Source: an uncultured Methanosarcinales archaeon (GTDB taxonomy: Archaea > Nanobdellota > Nanobdellia > Woesearchaeales > CAZJJJ01). Taken from it: a stretch of 35,574 bases of DNA. Positions 1-8,831 of this stretch are shown in pieces. Each line of letters opens with the position of its first letter. The first letter of the stretch is position 1. The stretch lies in assembly GCA_964546295.1 (NCBI GenBank), contig CAZJJJ010000001.1, forward strand, positions 1 to 35,574, in the 5' to 3' direction. Made by a program: the position numbers and the translations under genes. The notes beneath the pieces were generated by a model. It did no database searches, was not told the origin of the DNA, and saw nothing but the letters and a program-made list of their open reading frames with translations.

Positions 1-186
1 AATATCGTATTCGGAAGGAAAGTCTCCGCATCACGCGTCAATGAGACTATAGACAAGTACGCTAACATATACGTGCTATGTAAGACATGCGGAAAGCCCG
101 ACACGAAGATAGTGAAGAAGGAACGAATAGATTATCTGAAGTGCATGGCCTGTGGTGCACAGAGCCCTATAAAATCGAAATCATAG
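1..186 (+). CDS. eif2b: translation initiation factor aIF-2 beta subunit, C-terminal fragment (5' end lies outside the window)
   Basis: Frame +1 is open from base 1 to TAG at 184-186. My translation is NIVFGRKVSASRVNETIDKYANIYVLCKTCGKPDTKIVKKERIDYLKCMACGAQSPIKSKS*. It has the C-x2-C-x17-C-x2-C zinc ribbon with PDT and L-x-C-x-ACGA, as I recall for the aIF2-beta/eIF2-beta/eIF5 family. It is absent from the ORF track because it is truncated. Confidence 0.8.
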   Translation, partial: NIVFGRKVSASRVNETIDKYANIYVLCKTCGKPDTKIVKKERIDYLKCMACGAQSPIKSKS

Positions 187-798
187 AGAAGTTTTCTGCA
201 ATGCTTTTTTTGCGATCTTTTGGTCGGTGCCCAATACTCTCAAGAGGCTTATCATATCTTTAGGAGAGGACATCCCATTCCATGATCTTGCAAGAGAGAA
301 TGCTTTCAGACTGACCCCATACTTCTTACAGAGGGCTATGTTCTGAGACATCCTCCCCATCACTTCACCTTTGTATTTTGTGGATTTCAGGAAACCGATA
401 TTGATGCCCACAGCAATCCCATTCTCAGCAAGCAACTTAGCAGTCACTTGATTCAGGCCAGAAGACCTATGATGCATGAAGTCCCTTTTCTGATACTCTA
501 GGTTTGTTATGATGTCCGGCCGTATCTCAGTTATAGCACTACGTATATCTTGATCACCACCATATATGAATATTGTCCTAAGACCCTTCCTCCTAGCAAG
601 ATCTGCATCTTTCCTATTCTCTACAGCTAAGAAGATCTCTAGAGATAAATCAGTAGAGGGCCCTTCAGTCATCTTCGTAACGCCATTAATATCTTTCGCT
701 CCCGCTACGATATTGAGTTTTGAGAAGCCTAACCTCTCTGCAGTTGCCTTAATTCTTTCGAGGTCATCACCATAATGGACAAAATCTTCAAACATCAC
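181..798 (-). CDS. rnp3: ribonuclease P protein component 3 (Rpp30/Rnp3 family)
   Basis: 205-aa ORF. The segments DIITNLEYQKRDFMHHRSSGLNQVTAKLLAENGIAVGINIGFL and SLARSWNGMSSPKDMISLLRVLG follow the pattern I recall for archaeal Rpp30 TIM-barrel proteins (..G.D.V.AKL...N.A.G.. / S.A....P.D.ISL..LG). Track start 798 is GTG and an ATG follows at 795. The 3' end overlaps the aIF2-beta stop by 6 nt (convergent). Confidence 0.65.
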   Translation of the reverse strand: MMFEDFVHYGDDLERIKATAERLGFSKLNIVAGAKDINGVTKMTEGPSTDLSLEIFLAVENRKDADLARRKGLRTIFIYGGDQDIRSAITEIRPDIITNLEYQKRDFMHHRSSGLNQVTAKLLAENGIAVGINIGFLKSTKYKGEVMGRMSQNIALCKKYGVSLKAFSLARSWNGMSSPKDMISLLRVLGTDQKIAKKALQKTSL

Positions 799-876
799 CC
801 TGATAAATCATCCGTTTTTTTTAAATGGTGCTGATTTTGGATTTTTTCCAGAAAAATCGCGTTTCTTAAGGAAAGG

Positions 877-902
877 TTTTTAAATAAAGCTTCATTTATA
901 AA
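877..902 (+). promoter_or_regulatory. tbp promoter region (two TATA-like boxes)
   Basis: gaaaggTTTTTAAATAaag at 877-886 and caTTTATAAAtg at 895-902, lying 31-56 nt upstream of the ATG at 933. Confidence 0.45.
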
Positions 903-932
903 TGCTTATAAAGACCATTGGGGGTTTTATAG

Positions 933-1472
933 ATGGGAGAGAAAAAGATAGAGATTGTCAACATTGTAGTGTCCACGTCTCTGGAGCATGACATACCTTT
1001 GGAGAAGATGGCTGCAACCCTTTCTAACACAGAATATAATCCTGAACAGTTCCCAGGACTGGTCATAAGGATAAAGGACCCGAAGACTTCAGCACTCATC
1101 TTCAGTTCTGGAAACGTCGTATGCACAGGTGCACGGAATATCAAGGATGTAGAGAGGTCACTCCAGAGGATTATAGAGAGCTTGAAGAAGATCAACATAG
1201 AGATAACGATAACACCGAAGATAACCATACAGAATATCGTAGCCTCCGGTGAGATCGGTATGGACCTCAATCTGAACACGCTCACGCTGAAACTGGAGAA
1301 TACAGAGTATGAGCCTGAGCAGTTCCCTGGATTGGTATACAAGCTAGCCCAGAACAAGGCGACGTTCCTGCTGTTCAGCAATGGTAAGATCGTATGCACA
1401 GGGACAAAGTCCGAAGAGGAGGTCCACGAATCCGTGGAGCTTCTGATGCAGAACCTTGAGAAGACCAAATAG
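933..1472 (+). CDS. tbp: TATA-box binding protein (TBP)
   Basis: 179 aa with the two TBP direct repeats: IVNIVVS..L....L......TEYNPEQFPGLVIRIKDPKTSALIFSSGNVVCTGA and IQNIVASGE......L.......TEYEPEQFPGLVYKL...KATFLLFSNGKIVCTG. ATG start. Confidence 0.96.
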   Translation: MGEKKIEIVNIVVSTSLEHDIPLEKMAATLSNTEYNPEQFPGLVIRIKDPKTSALIFSSGNVVCTGARNIKDVERSLQRIIESLKKINIEITITPKITIQNIVASGEIGMDLNLNTLTLKLENTEYEPEQFPGLVYKLAQNKATFLLFSNGKIVCTGTKSEEEVHESVELLMQNLEKTK

Positions 1473-1479
1473 GTCTTCA

Positions 1480-1487
1480 TTTTTTTT
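1480..1487 (+). terminator. oligo-T terminator after tbp
   Basis: A run of 8 T begins 8 nt after the tbp stop. Archaeal RNAP terminates at oligo-T tracts. Confidence 0.45.
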
Positions 1488-1493
1488 CTATTA

Positions 1494-1778
1494 TCATTTC
1501 AGGCTCAGTATGCCTTTCTGAAGGAAGAATATCACTGCCACCCATGTCAAGCGTGTTCTTATATCAAGCATCAATAGTATCAGTATGATAGCACAAGATA
1601 TCTCGACAAAGGAAGCGAAGTCTTTAGGAAAGATCAGGAACTTGAGCCCTATGTATACAAGTATGTACAAGGGCAATACATGAGAGAACATGCCAAAATG
1701 GAAGCCTACAAAAGTTAGCGCTGCAAAGATATCGAAAATCCCTAAAAGCCTGATCAGCATGAACTCAGAAAAAGACAT
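1494..1778 (-). CDS. small hydrophobic membrane protein (about 3 TM segments), unknown function
   Basis: 94-aa ORF with ATG start, almost entirely hydrophobic helices. It fits tightly between tbp and mgtE. No motif recognised. Confidence 0.5.
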   Translation of the reverse strand: MSFSEFMLIRLLGIFDIFAALTFVGFHFGMFSHVLPLYILVYIGLKFLIFPKDFASFVEISCAIILILLMLDIRTRLTWVAVIFFLQKGILSLK

Positions 1779-1802
1779 TTCTTATTTAAATCTCTGCACA
1801 GC

Positions 1803-2780
1803 TCATAAGAGTGCGCTTGCCACTAGAAGATATATGACAATGGATGTTACATCAGAGACCACTGTCGCAAAAGGCCCACTACCGAATGCCGGATCCTTAC
1901 CCAATCTGTCTATCACAAGAGTAGTCAGTAGAGCAGTGAAGTTCGTGACCAGTGCTGCGAAGAACAGAGAGAGACCGATGACGAATCCCATGTATGGCTC
2001 TCCCCAAAATAGTGTCACAGTGAAGAATGTGAATGAGCTTATTATTAGTGCCAGGAAAAAGGCGATCAAAGTCTGTCTGCCGAAATACTTGACACGGTTT
2101 ATCTCAGCTCCGTGCGATGCGATGTCCCTGACAGACAAAGTTACATGCTGTGAACCGAGAGCATCTGCCATATAGACAATCGCAGGAATGAAGAAGGCAA
2201 GTATCATATGTTTTTCGAGGACCTCTTCGAACCTACCAACTATTCCCGCAGCAATCATTATTCCTATAAGTCCTATTAGGAGCCACGGAGACCTATGCCA
2301 GACGGAGACATGGACGGGAATCTTCATAGTATCCTCGTATTCCATGTGCGAAGTATCAATCCCTGCCATCTTGAGGAAATCCTCTTGAGAAGACTTGTGC
2401 ACAATATGAAGGATTTTCTTTGGGGGTAACACGCCAAGCATCTTGCCATCCTTTACTACAGGTATGGCCTTCACACCATTTTTGATAGCCTGATGCGCTG
2501 CAAACTCAGCTCTTGAATTTGGAGAGACAGTCACGGGATTCTTCTTCATGATCCTGCGTATCTTTGATTCGGGAGAGTAACGGAATAGGTCGCCGACAGA
2601 GAATGTCCCTTTAAGGATGCCTTTAGCATCAACCACATAACCATAATCCATGAATCCATAGCTCCTTTTCTTCCGTGAAAGATGGTCCCTCACTTCAGCT
2701 ATGGTCTTATCTGCGGTCTGGACGAGAAAATCCTCCTCCATCTCTCTCGCAGAAGAATCTTTTGGATAATTTTTGTTCAT
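1803..2780 (-). CDS. mgtE: MgtE-family Mg2+ transporter (short form: CBS pair plus MgtE transmembrane domain)
   Basis: 325 aa. The N-terminal half has a CBS-pair pattern (VVDAKGILKGTFSVGDL ... IPVVKDGKMLGVLPPKKIL). The C-terminal half has about 5 TM helices with the MgtE-like IPAIVYMADALGSQ and FATVVSDVTSIVIYL segments. It lacks the long N-domain of bacterial MgtE. Confidence 0.8.
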   Translation of the reverse strand: MNKNYPKDSSAREMEEDFLVQTADKTIAEVRDHLSRKKRSYGFMDYGYVVDAKGILKGTFSVGDLFRYSPESKIRRIMKKNPVTVSPNSRAEFAAHQAIKNGVKAIPVVKDGKMLGVLPPKKILHIVHKSSQEDFLKMAGIDTSHMEYEDTMKIPVHVSVWHRSPWLLIGLIGIMIAAGIVGRFEEVLEKHMILAFFIPAIVYMADALGSQHVTLSVRDIASHGAEINRVKYFGRQTLIAFFLALIISSFTFFTVTLFWGEPYMGFVIGLSLFFAALVTNFTALLTTLVIDRLGKDPAFGSGPFATVVSDVTSIVIYLLVASALL

Positions 2781-2888
2781 GATACATTCTTTGAAAAGCT
2801 GGTTTATATAATTTTGCTAGTAAAATAGATACGGTTTCTTTCAGAGTGAAGCATAACTTTTTTATTTGTATGCGGATTCATTTGCTCT

Positions 2889-3737
2889 ATGGGAATCGCC
2901 AATCAATTCAAGACAGGATTGCTCTTGTCATCGTTGAGCATCCTCCTCCTCATTGTAGGAGAGCTCGCTGGTGGTGTGCAAGGCTTGACTATCGCTATAA
3001 TATTTGCATTGCTCATGAACGTAGGTTCTTACTTCTACTCCGACAAGCTAGTCCTGAAGATGTACAAGGCAAAAGAAGTGAATAAGGAGCATGAGCTCTA
3101 TAAGATGGTCGATAAGCTCAGAAAGAAAGCTGAGCTTCCGATGCCAAAAGTATATGTCATACCTAGTGCAACGCCCAATGCCTTCGCTACTGGCAGGAAT
3201 CCAAAACATTCGGCGGTCGCTGCTACAGAAGGCATACTCAAACTTCTTAATCATGATGAACTCGAAGGCGTGATGGCGCACGAATTAGCGCATGTGAAGA
3301 ACAGAGACACACTCATTGCAACAATAGCTGCAACTATTGCAAGCGTCATCGCATACGTGGCCATGATGGCAAGATGGGCAGCGATCTTTGGAGGCTTCGG
3401 AGGGAATGATCGAAGAGGAGGAAGCGGATTAGAGCTTCTTGTACTCGCCATACTCACACCTATCATAGCCACCATAATACAGCTTGCGATATCCAGATCA
3501 AGAGAGTACCTCGCCGATGATGGTGCTGCTAAGATTTCTGGAAATCCGAAAGCCTTGGCGGATGCCTTGAGAAAGATCAGCAGCGGTGTTGCCCAACATC
3601 CCATGCGAAGCACGGAGAACACAAGGACTACCGCGTCACTTTTCATAATAAACCCTTTGAAGGGGGGCGGATTTGTCAGCCTATTCTCTACACATCCACC
3701 CGTACAAAAACGGATAGAGAGACTGCAGAACAGATAG
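2889..3737 (+). CDS. htpX: M48-family zinc metalloprotease HtpX
   Basis: 282 aa, N-terminal TM helices, HELAHVKNRD (HExxH) and downstream E-containing REYLADDGAAKISG, ending STHPPVQKRIERL. This is the typical HtpX layout. Confidence 0.9.
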   Translation: MGIANQFKTGLLLSSLSILLLIVGELAGGVQGLTIAIIFALLMNVGSYFYSDKLVLKMYKAKEVNKEHELYKMVDKLRKKAELPMPKVYVIPSATPNAFATGRNPKHSAVAATEGILKLLNHDELEGVMAHELAHVKNRDTLIATIAATIASVIAYVAMMARWAAIFGGFGGNDRRGGSGLELLVLAILTPIIATIIQLAISRSREYLADDGAAKISGNPKALADALRKISSGVAQHPMRSTENTRTTASLFIINPLKGGGFVSLFSTHPPVQKRIERLQNR

Positions 3738-3738
3738 T

Positions 3739-5925
3739 TCATTCTTCATTATATTCCTGCTCAAGCAGATTCTTGATGTCCTGAGCCTTCTTCTTTCCGA
3801 TAAGCTCGACAGACATAAGATCTTCGATGCTTGATTCAAGGATGTTCTTGATGGAACCAAAACGTCTGAGAAGAGGCTTTGCCAACCCCTGACCTATCCC
3901 GGGCAGCGCAGATATTATGTATTCCTGTTGCTCTTTCATGCTCAGTGGCTTTGAGGAATGTAATGTGTAATCCTTGTAACCTTCATCTTGTTCACGCTTC
4001 ACTATCGTGTGCATATACGAAGAGGTCTCTTTGTGGTTCTTGGTGAAGATGACAGGTATCCCATATGATACGGTTATTGTGGACATCATTCCTTGTATTG
4101 CCTTAGGGTCTATCTTACGTATGGCATAGATGTCTTCTGTACCTTCTACAATGATGAGTGGTCTTATGTAATACTCCTTGAGCGATTTAATCTGCTGCAA
4201 GAGACGCCCATCAATTATGCTATCGACAAAATCAGGTATCCTTTTGTATTCTACTGCCACACGTGAGCTTAATATGTAATCTCCCACATCAAGCTTCTTC
4301 AGATCGATCCTGCAATCGTTGTCGATGAGATGTCTCACGATGAGAGAATTCTTTTCCCTGTAGTCTACAGCAACAGTGTACTTAGGTTCCTTCCTGCTGA
4401 ATTCGAGCAGAGTGGTCTCCTTTTTCCCTTCTCTCTCGTTCTTCATCTCTTTCATGAGCTTGAGCATACGTTTTTCCTTGTGGAATGAGGACCATCTGTA
4501 CATCTCATCACGTGTGCCTTTGCAGAATAGGACCATGACATTCCCCTTCTCCATCCTTCCTGTACGCCCTCTCCGCTGTATCGTCCGGATCGCTGATGGT
4601 ATAGGTTCATAGAAAATAACGATATCCACTTGGGGTATGTCAAGGCCCTCCTCACCGACAGAAGTCATCACCAATGTATCGAACTTTCCGTCGCGGAACT
4701 CTTTCACTGTCGCCAACTGATCCTTCTGCGACATGCCTGTCCCGTTCTTCTTTGTCTGTCCTACAAAAAGTCTCGCTTCAACACCTTCGATATCATCTAA
4801 GATGTCCTTGATCTTCTCACCAGTCTCACGATATTGGGTGAATATTATCTTGCGCTTGCTCTTGTTCGCTCTCATGAGTGAGGCCAGCTCATTAAGCTTG
4901 GGGTGCTCTACACCGTTATCCACTAGGCTCTTTGAAAGCAGATAGCACGATCTGTAATCAGGATCCGCTACAATGTTCTTTATGGATTTGGTCTTGGTGG
5001 AAGAGCTCTCAGATTGGAGGCGTTTGAGATATGTATACAATGAACTTATGCCTTGTGTCTCCAACAGCTCTAGCATGTGGCTTATCTTCATCGCTTCGCT
5101 GAGAAGAGATATGGTCTTCATGAGTTCCGGTGTCTTCTCACCCTCCATCATATTCTTCTGCAAGGAGCCCATCATAGATATCATCTGCCTCCGTGTCAGG
5201 CCGAAGGTATTTGTCACATAGCCATATTGCTTGATCTGCTTCATCCTGGTATCATACATCTTGTCAAGAAGAGCCTTGATCTGGAGCATCGATGGTGGCA
5301 GATTGACTTCAATCCATCTGACATCAGTGTCCTGGACATAAGGCTTGACATCCTCATCATCGTGTGTCCTGACCTCGATCTTCTCTATATAGAGGTTCTT
5401 GCATATCTCATCTATCTTCTCCTTGTCAGACCCTGGAGAAGCTGTCAGTGCAAGTATCCTGGGATGTTTTGCAAGCTTCATGTATCGTGATGCGATGAAG
5501 ACATAGGAATAGTCTCCAGTTGCACGGTGCGCCTCATCGAAAACCATGAGAGAGACATCCGATATGTCTATCCTGGATGATATTATATCATTCTCAAGAC
5601 CTTGCGGTGTCGAAAATATCAACCTGGCATTTTCCCACTCCTCTTTCCGTTTGTCTGGAGATACGGAGCCTGTCAGCAAGGTGAAATCATCATCATGATA
5701 TCTTGTGTGTTCCATGAAGTATCTCATATGCTGGTCTACCAATGGTTTCGTAGGCGCTAGAACCACAATCTTAGAATCTGGATATGCTTTCAGGCGATGC
5801 GCTGCCACCATCAATGCTATCGCTGTCTTTCCGAGTCCTGTGGGAAGAACAACAAGACTATCATTGCCAGCACACTGAGAGAATATCTTCTCCTGGTACA
5901 GCCTTGGCTTGAAATCTTCTAGCAT
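3739..5925 (-). CDS. hef: Hef helicase/nuclease (SF2 helicase + ERCC4/XPF nuclease + HhH2)
   Basis: 728 aa. Helicase motifs are PTGLGKT (Walker A), FDEAH, LTASPG and QRRGRTGR. The C-terminal ERCC4 domain has VDYRE...GDYILS...VAVEYKR..DFV.SI.DGRL..Q, followed by an HhH pair (ALPGIGQGLAKPLLRRFGS ... LIGKKKAQDI). A TATA-like ttataaatatt lies 24 nt upstream of the ATG. Confidence 0.9.
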   Translation of the reverse strand: MLEDFKPRLYQEKIFSQCAGNDSLVVLPTGLGKTAIALMVAAHRLKAYPDSKIVVLAPTKPLVDQHMRYFMEHTRYHDDDFTLLTGSVSPDKRKEEWENARLIFSTPQGLENDIISSRIDISDVSLMVFDEAHRATGDYSYVFIASRYMKLAKHPRILALTASPGSDKEKIDEICKNLYIEKIEVRTHDDEDVKPYVQDTDVRWIEVNLPPSMLQIKALLDKMYDTRMKQIKQYGYVTNTFGLTRRQMISMMGSLQKNMMEGEKTPELMKTISLLSEAMKISHMLELLETQGISSLYTYLKRLQSESSSTKTKSIKNIVADPDYRSCYLLSKSLVDNGVEHPKLNELASLMRANKSKRKIIFTQYRETGEKIKDILDDIEGVEARLFVGQTKKNGTGMSQKDQLATVKEFRDGKFDTLVMTSVGEEGLDIPQVDIVIFYEPIPSAIRTIQRRGRTGRMEKGNVMVLFCKGTRDEMYRWSSFHKEKRMLKLMKEMKNEREGKKETTLLEFSRKEPKYTVAVDYREKNSLIVRHLIDNDCRIDLKKLDVGDYILSSRVAVEYKRIPDFVDSIIDGRLLQQIKSLKEYYIRPLIIVEGTEDIYAIRKIDPKAIQGMMSTITVSYGIPVIFTKNHKETSSYMHTIVKREQDEGYKDYTLHSSKPLSMKEQQEYIISALPGIGQGLAKPLLRRFGSIKNILESSIEDLMSVELIGKKKAQDIKNLLEQEYNEE

Positions 5926-5948
5926 CGGACGGAGGTATTGCCGAGAAC

Positions 5949-5959
5949 TTATAAATATT
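5949..5959 (-). promoter_or_regulatory. hef TATA box
   Basis: The minus-strand reading is aatatTTATAA, 24 nt upstream of the ATG at 5925. This geometry suggests a leaderless mRNA. Confidence 0.5.
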
Positions 5960-5999
5960 GTTCAGAGCAGTTCCGATGTCCTGTGCAATAACTTTCTGA

Positions 6000-6614
6000 T
6001 CATCTCCGCTTTGAAGGCTTGCCGTGGCCAGGACATAAGATATCATATCTCATCGCCGACATCCGCCTCAAAGAGACTTTCATCTCCGCCTCATCAGACG
6101 TCGGAAGATCTGTACGTCCTGTTGTATCCATCCCTGGATCGAAGAAAAGATCACCAGAAAAAAGTATCTTGCTATCCTCATCCTCATACAATATACATAC
6201 GGAGCCTTTGGCATGGCCAGGGGTCTCATATATCGTGAAACCTATGTCCTTGAGACGACTTTCGGGGAAAGGTCTAGGATTGAAATCATTCGTGTATATT
6301 TCCTGCACAGTCTCACTGTCGAGTATGGCCTCATTCGGATTGTCTTGAAGAGATCTTATGGCAGTATCTGATGCAAAGAAAGGCGCATCAGGGAAAATGG
6401 AGAAGCTTCCGATGTGATCATAATGCATGTGAGTTATGAGGACCATCGATACATCTTCAGGAGCGACAGGAAGAGAACGCTTCAATCCCTTGGCAACAGA
6501 TAATGAGCCCATGTCGATGAGCACACGTCTATCTTTTATGAAATACGAATTGCACGTATGGATGCCATTGAAGTATATCCTGACAACATTATCAGTAATG
6601 TTCTGTATCATCAT
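6000..6614 (-). CDS. metallo-beta-lactamase fold hydrolase
   Basis: 204 aa with THMHYDHIG (HxHxDH), TPGHAKGS, and a later GD and PGHG. The start lies 11 nt after the stop of the upstream membrane gene, so they are probably co-transcribed. Confidence 0.8.
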   Translation of the reverse strand: MMIQNITDNVVRIYFNGIHTCNSYFIKDRRVLIDMGSLSVAKGLKRSLPVAPEDVSMVLITHMHYDHIGSFSIFPDAPFFASDTAIRSLQDNPNEAILDSETVQEIYTNDFNPRPFPESRLKDIGFTIYETPGHAKGSVCILYEDEDSKILFSGDLFFDPGMDTTGRTDLPTSDEAEMKVSLRRMSAMRYDILCPGHGKPSKRR

Positions 6615-6624
6615 ACCACATTCA

Positions 6625-7422
6625 TCATATTATTGCGAAATCATTATACCACCACAGCACCAGATAAGCTGCCAATCCCATCATTAATGCTGAGATGGTC
6701 GAGACCAGAGGCCCATATACATATATCGAAGCGCCAAGGACCCCTATTATCGTTGCACATGAGACGTAGAATATCTTCGTGCTATACAGGATGTAGGTGC
6801 CGGATACTGGTGCCGGATGGTCGTGCGTGTCTGCCTCCTCAAGACCTCTCTGTGATTTGAAGAAGAAAAATAGGATATCTAGAGGGATGAGTCCCATCAC
6901 AGCATATATTATGTTGAACTCCATGGCGATCACCACATTAGGATTCGCCAATGTAGAGAACATCCTGAAAAGAAGCGCAAGATACACGTTAGCCAATGGC
7001 CCAAAGAATGCGATGGTGGCATTATCGAGGTAATTGTGTCCATACCTGAATTCACCGATCCTCATCCGCTCGTGATGGAATATCATCAATCCAGTAACTG
7101 GTAAGAGCACATACACCTGTCCATCGGTGATGAAGGCGATAAGAAGCACGATGAGCAGCATGTGAGGTAAGATCTTCATCTTTACAGTATAACCTCTCTT
7201 TATGGCCATAAGCTTATGACCGGTCTCTTTTGCGAGGACTGCCGTTGCGGCAATCATGAAAGATGACAGTATTATGTTTAGGGATGCGAGTGCATTCTGC
7301 GATTCGAGGAGTCTCCCATATCCTATAGAGAAAGCGAATACGAGAGATATCGCTAATGTCTGTTTAAGCTCCTCATTATCAAAAGAGAAATATTTCTTTA
7401 CCCGGTAAAAATATTCAAGCAT
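6625..7422 (-). CDS. polytopic membrane protein, M50 (site-2 protease)-like with a degenerate HExxH
   Basis: 265 aa, multi-TM. VLAKETGHKLMAIKRGY aligns by eye to the M50 vl.HE.GH.l.A...G motif, but the first His is Lys. FFGPLANVYLAL resembles AGPxxN and GLIPLDI resembles NLxPxxPLDG. Confidence 0.5.
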   Translation of the reverse strand: MLEYFYRVKKYFSFDNEELKQTLAISLVFAFSIGYGRLLESQNALASLNIILSSFMIAATAVLAKETGHKLMAIKRGYTVKMKILPHMLLIVLLIAFITDGQVYVLLPVTGLMIFHHERMRIGEFRYGHNYLDNATIAFFGPLANVYLALLFRMFSTLANPNVVIAMEFNIIYAVMGLIPLDILFFFFKSQRGLEEADTHDHPAPVSGTYILYSTKIFYVSCATIIGVLGASIYVYGPLVSTISALMMGLAAYLVLWWYNDFAII

Positions 7423-7534
7423 GATACTGAACTGTCCTGCATACTATTTATATTTTACCAAGATGAGGTGTCATTAGAGAAACGGCCCTGAAGGTAATCG
7501 CCAATGATTTCATTGTCGGACCTTCAGGTCTTGA

Positions 7535-7609
7535 CGGCCCTGAAGGGATTCGAACCCTCGACCTAGTGCTTAGGAGGCACTCGCGCTATCCAGGCTGCGC
7601 CACAGGACC
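7535..7609 (-). tRNA. tRNA-Arg (anticodon CCU)
   Basis: The reverse complement folds by hand into a cloverleaf: GGTCCTG TG GCGC AGCCTGGATA GCGC G AGTGC CTCCTAA GCACT AGGTC GAGGG TTCGAAT CCCTT CAGGGCC G. It has a 7-bp acceptor stem (one G-U), 4-bp D stem, 5-bp anticodon stem with loop C-T-CCT-A-A, and a T-loop TTCGAAT. No intron and no encoded CCA. A TATA-like ttttaaata lies 26 nt upstream. Confidence 0.9.
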
Positions 7610-7626
7610 TTAAGAACTACTAGTTT

Positions 7627-8703
7627 TCAGGTCTTATTTAAAATTTCTTCGATTTTCGAATCTATCACTGCTAAGGCCTCTGAATTATCAGACCTTTCCC
7701 TCTTCTCCAGATTCTCCTTATACTTATCCAGATTCCTCAAGAATAGCTTGACGTTGTCTGCTGTGATCTTCTTTGCGAACATCCCAAAACCTTTGTGTTC
7801 AAGCATCGTTGCGTTCATTATCTGCTCAAACTGCCCTGATACAGGATTACTCAATACTGGCTTTCTCAGGAAGACTGCCTCACTCATGAGAGTGAATCCT
7901 CCGTTGGTGATCACAGCCTTGGCTGTTGCAAGATCTTTGAGGAATCGGTCGCCAGTATCTGTCTTCCTGAAGATGAGGTTGTCCTCCTCTTTCTCCTCAT
8001 CGAAACCATAGACTATGAAGACATCCTTGTTGACCTCTTTGAGTGCAGGAAACAATCTCTTATTGGTCTTCGACGTCTGATAGACAAGAACATGATCATC
8101 CTCAGACACCCCCTTCTGCTCGAGTATGTCTCTGCGTATCAGAGAAGGTATCACTGAGGTCTTTCTCTGTGTCGGCCTAGGATTGAAGAAGCTGACCACA
8201 AAATAGTGCATGATGTGCTTACTCCGTGGAGAAAGTATCTTGAGGAAAGATCTCTGTTCAGTCTCGAACATCTTGTACTTCTTCTTGACATACTTCGGCG
8301 CATCAGTCCTCGAGATTGAATGTATGTTGTCCACACAGACTATTGGGATCCTTGATTTGACAGCGGCCCTGGTAGAGAAATATTCTAAATCAGTGATCAC
8401 CAGCTCTGGCATGAATGTCTTGAATATCTTTGTGGTCTTCCGCATCCCGTTCTTTATGATGCTGGGGAACATCACGAAATTCTTATACATGGTCCGTGTG
8501 TAATTCACCTTGTTGTTCTTGTAGACAAAACTTATTCTCGCGATCTTCTCAACATCATAATCATTCTTCATAAGATCGTAGACCCTGTCAGAAGTGAGGA
8601 TTTTGACCTCATGTCCCTGTGAGATAAGGTGGTCTATGACTACCTTACTCCTGGAATAGTGGCCCAGACCATCAGATTGTATTCCATATATTATCCTTGC
8701 CAC
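7627..8703 (-). CDS. glycosyltransferase (GT28/MurG-like C-terminal domain, MJ1255-like family)
   Basis: 358 aa. N-terminal IIYGIQSDGLGHYSRS resembles the G-x-G-H-x-x-R loop of this family. C-terminal ATAKAVITNGGFTLMSEAVFLRKPVL is a GT-B nucleotide-sugar binding-type motif. GTG start with GGAG about 10 nt upstream. Confidence 0.65.
   Translation of the reverse strand: MARIIYGIQSDGLGHYSRSKVVIDHLISQGHEVKILTSDRVYDLMKNDYDVEKIARISFVYKNNKVNYTRTMYKNFVMFPSIIKNGMRKTTKIFKTFMPELVITDLEYFSTRAAVKSRIPIVCVDNIHSISRTDAPKYVKKKYKMFETEQRSFLKILSPRSKHIMHYFVVSFFNPRPTQRKTSVIPSLIRRDILEQKGVSEDDHVLVYQTSKTNKRLFPALKEVNKDVFIVYGFDEEKEEDNLIFRKTDTGDRFLKDLATAKAVITNGGFTLMSEAVFLRKPVLSNPVSGQFEQIMNATMLEHKGFGMFAKKITADNVKLFLRNLDKYKENLEKRERSDNSEALAVIDSKIEEILNKT
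7635..7643 (-). promoter_or_regulatory. tRNA-Arg TATA box
   Basis: The minus-strand reading is TTTTAAATA, 26 nt upstream of tRNA position 1. It lies inside the 3' end of the glycosyltransferase CDS. Confidence 0.5.
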
Positions 8704-8831
8704 TCAAACATCTCCGTGGTGTGCTTTTACGTCCAAGATATTACCTTTGTTTTTAAAAAATGAACGATATGGCATCATACATTGTTCGTTGCATGACAAG
8801 ACTTATATTTACTGCCTGAAAACTCAGGTAT

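Noticed and set aside
1690-2388. Plus-strand ORFs 1690..2175 and 2188..2388 opposite mgtE, and similar shadow ORFs inside hef, mcm, dp2, pan, cdc6 and the large surface-protein gene.
   Set aside because: Each lies fully within a longer ORF with clear family motifs on the other strand or frame. None has a recognisable motif or initiation signal.
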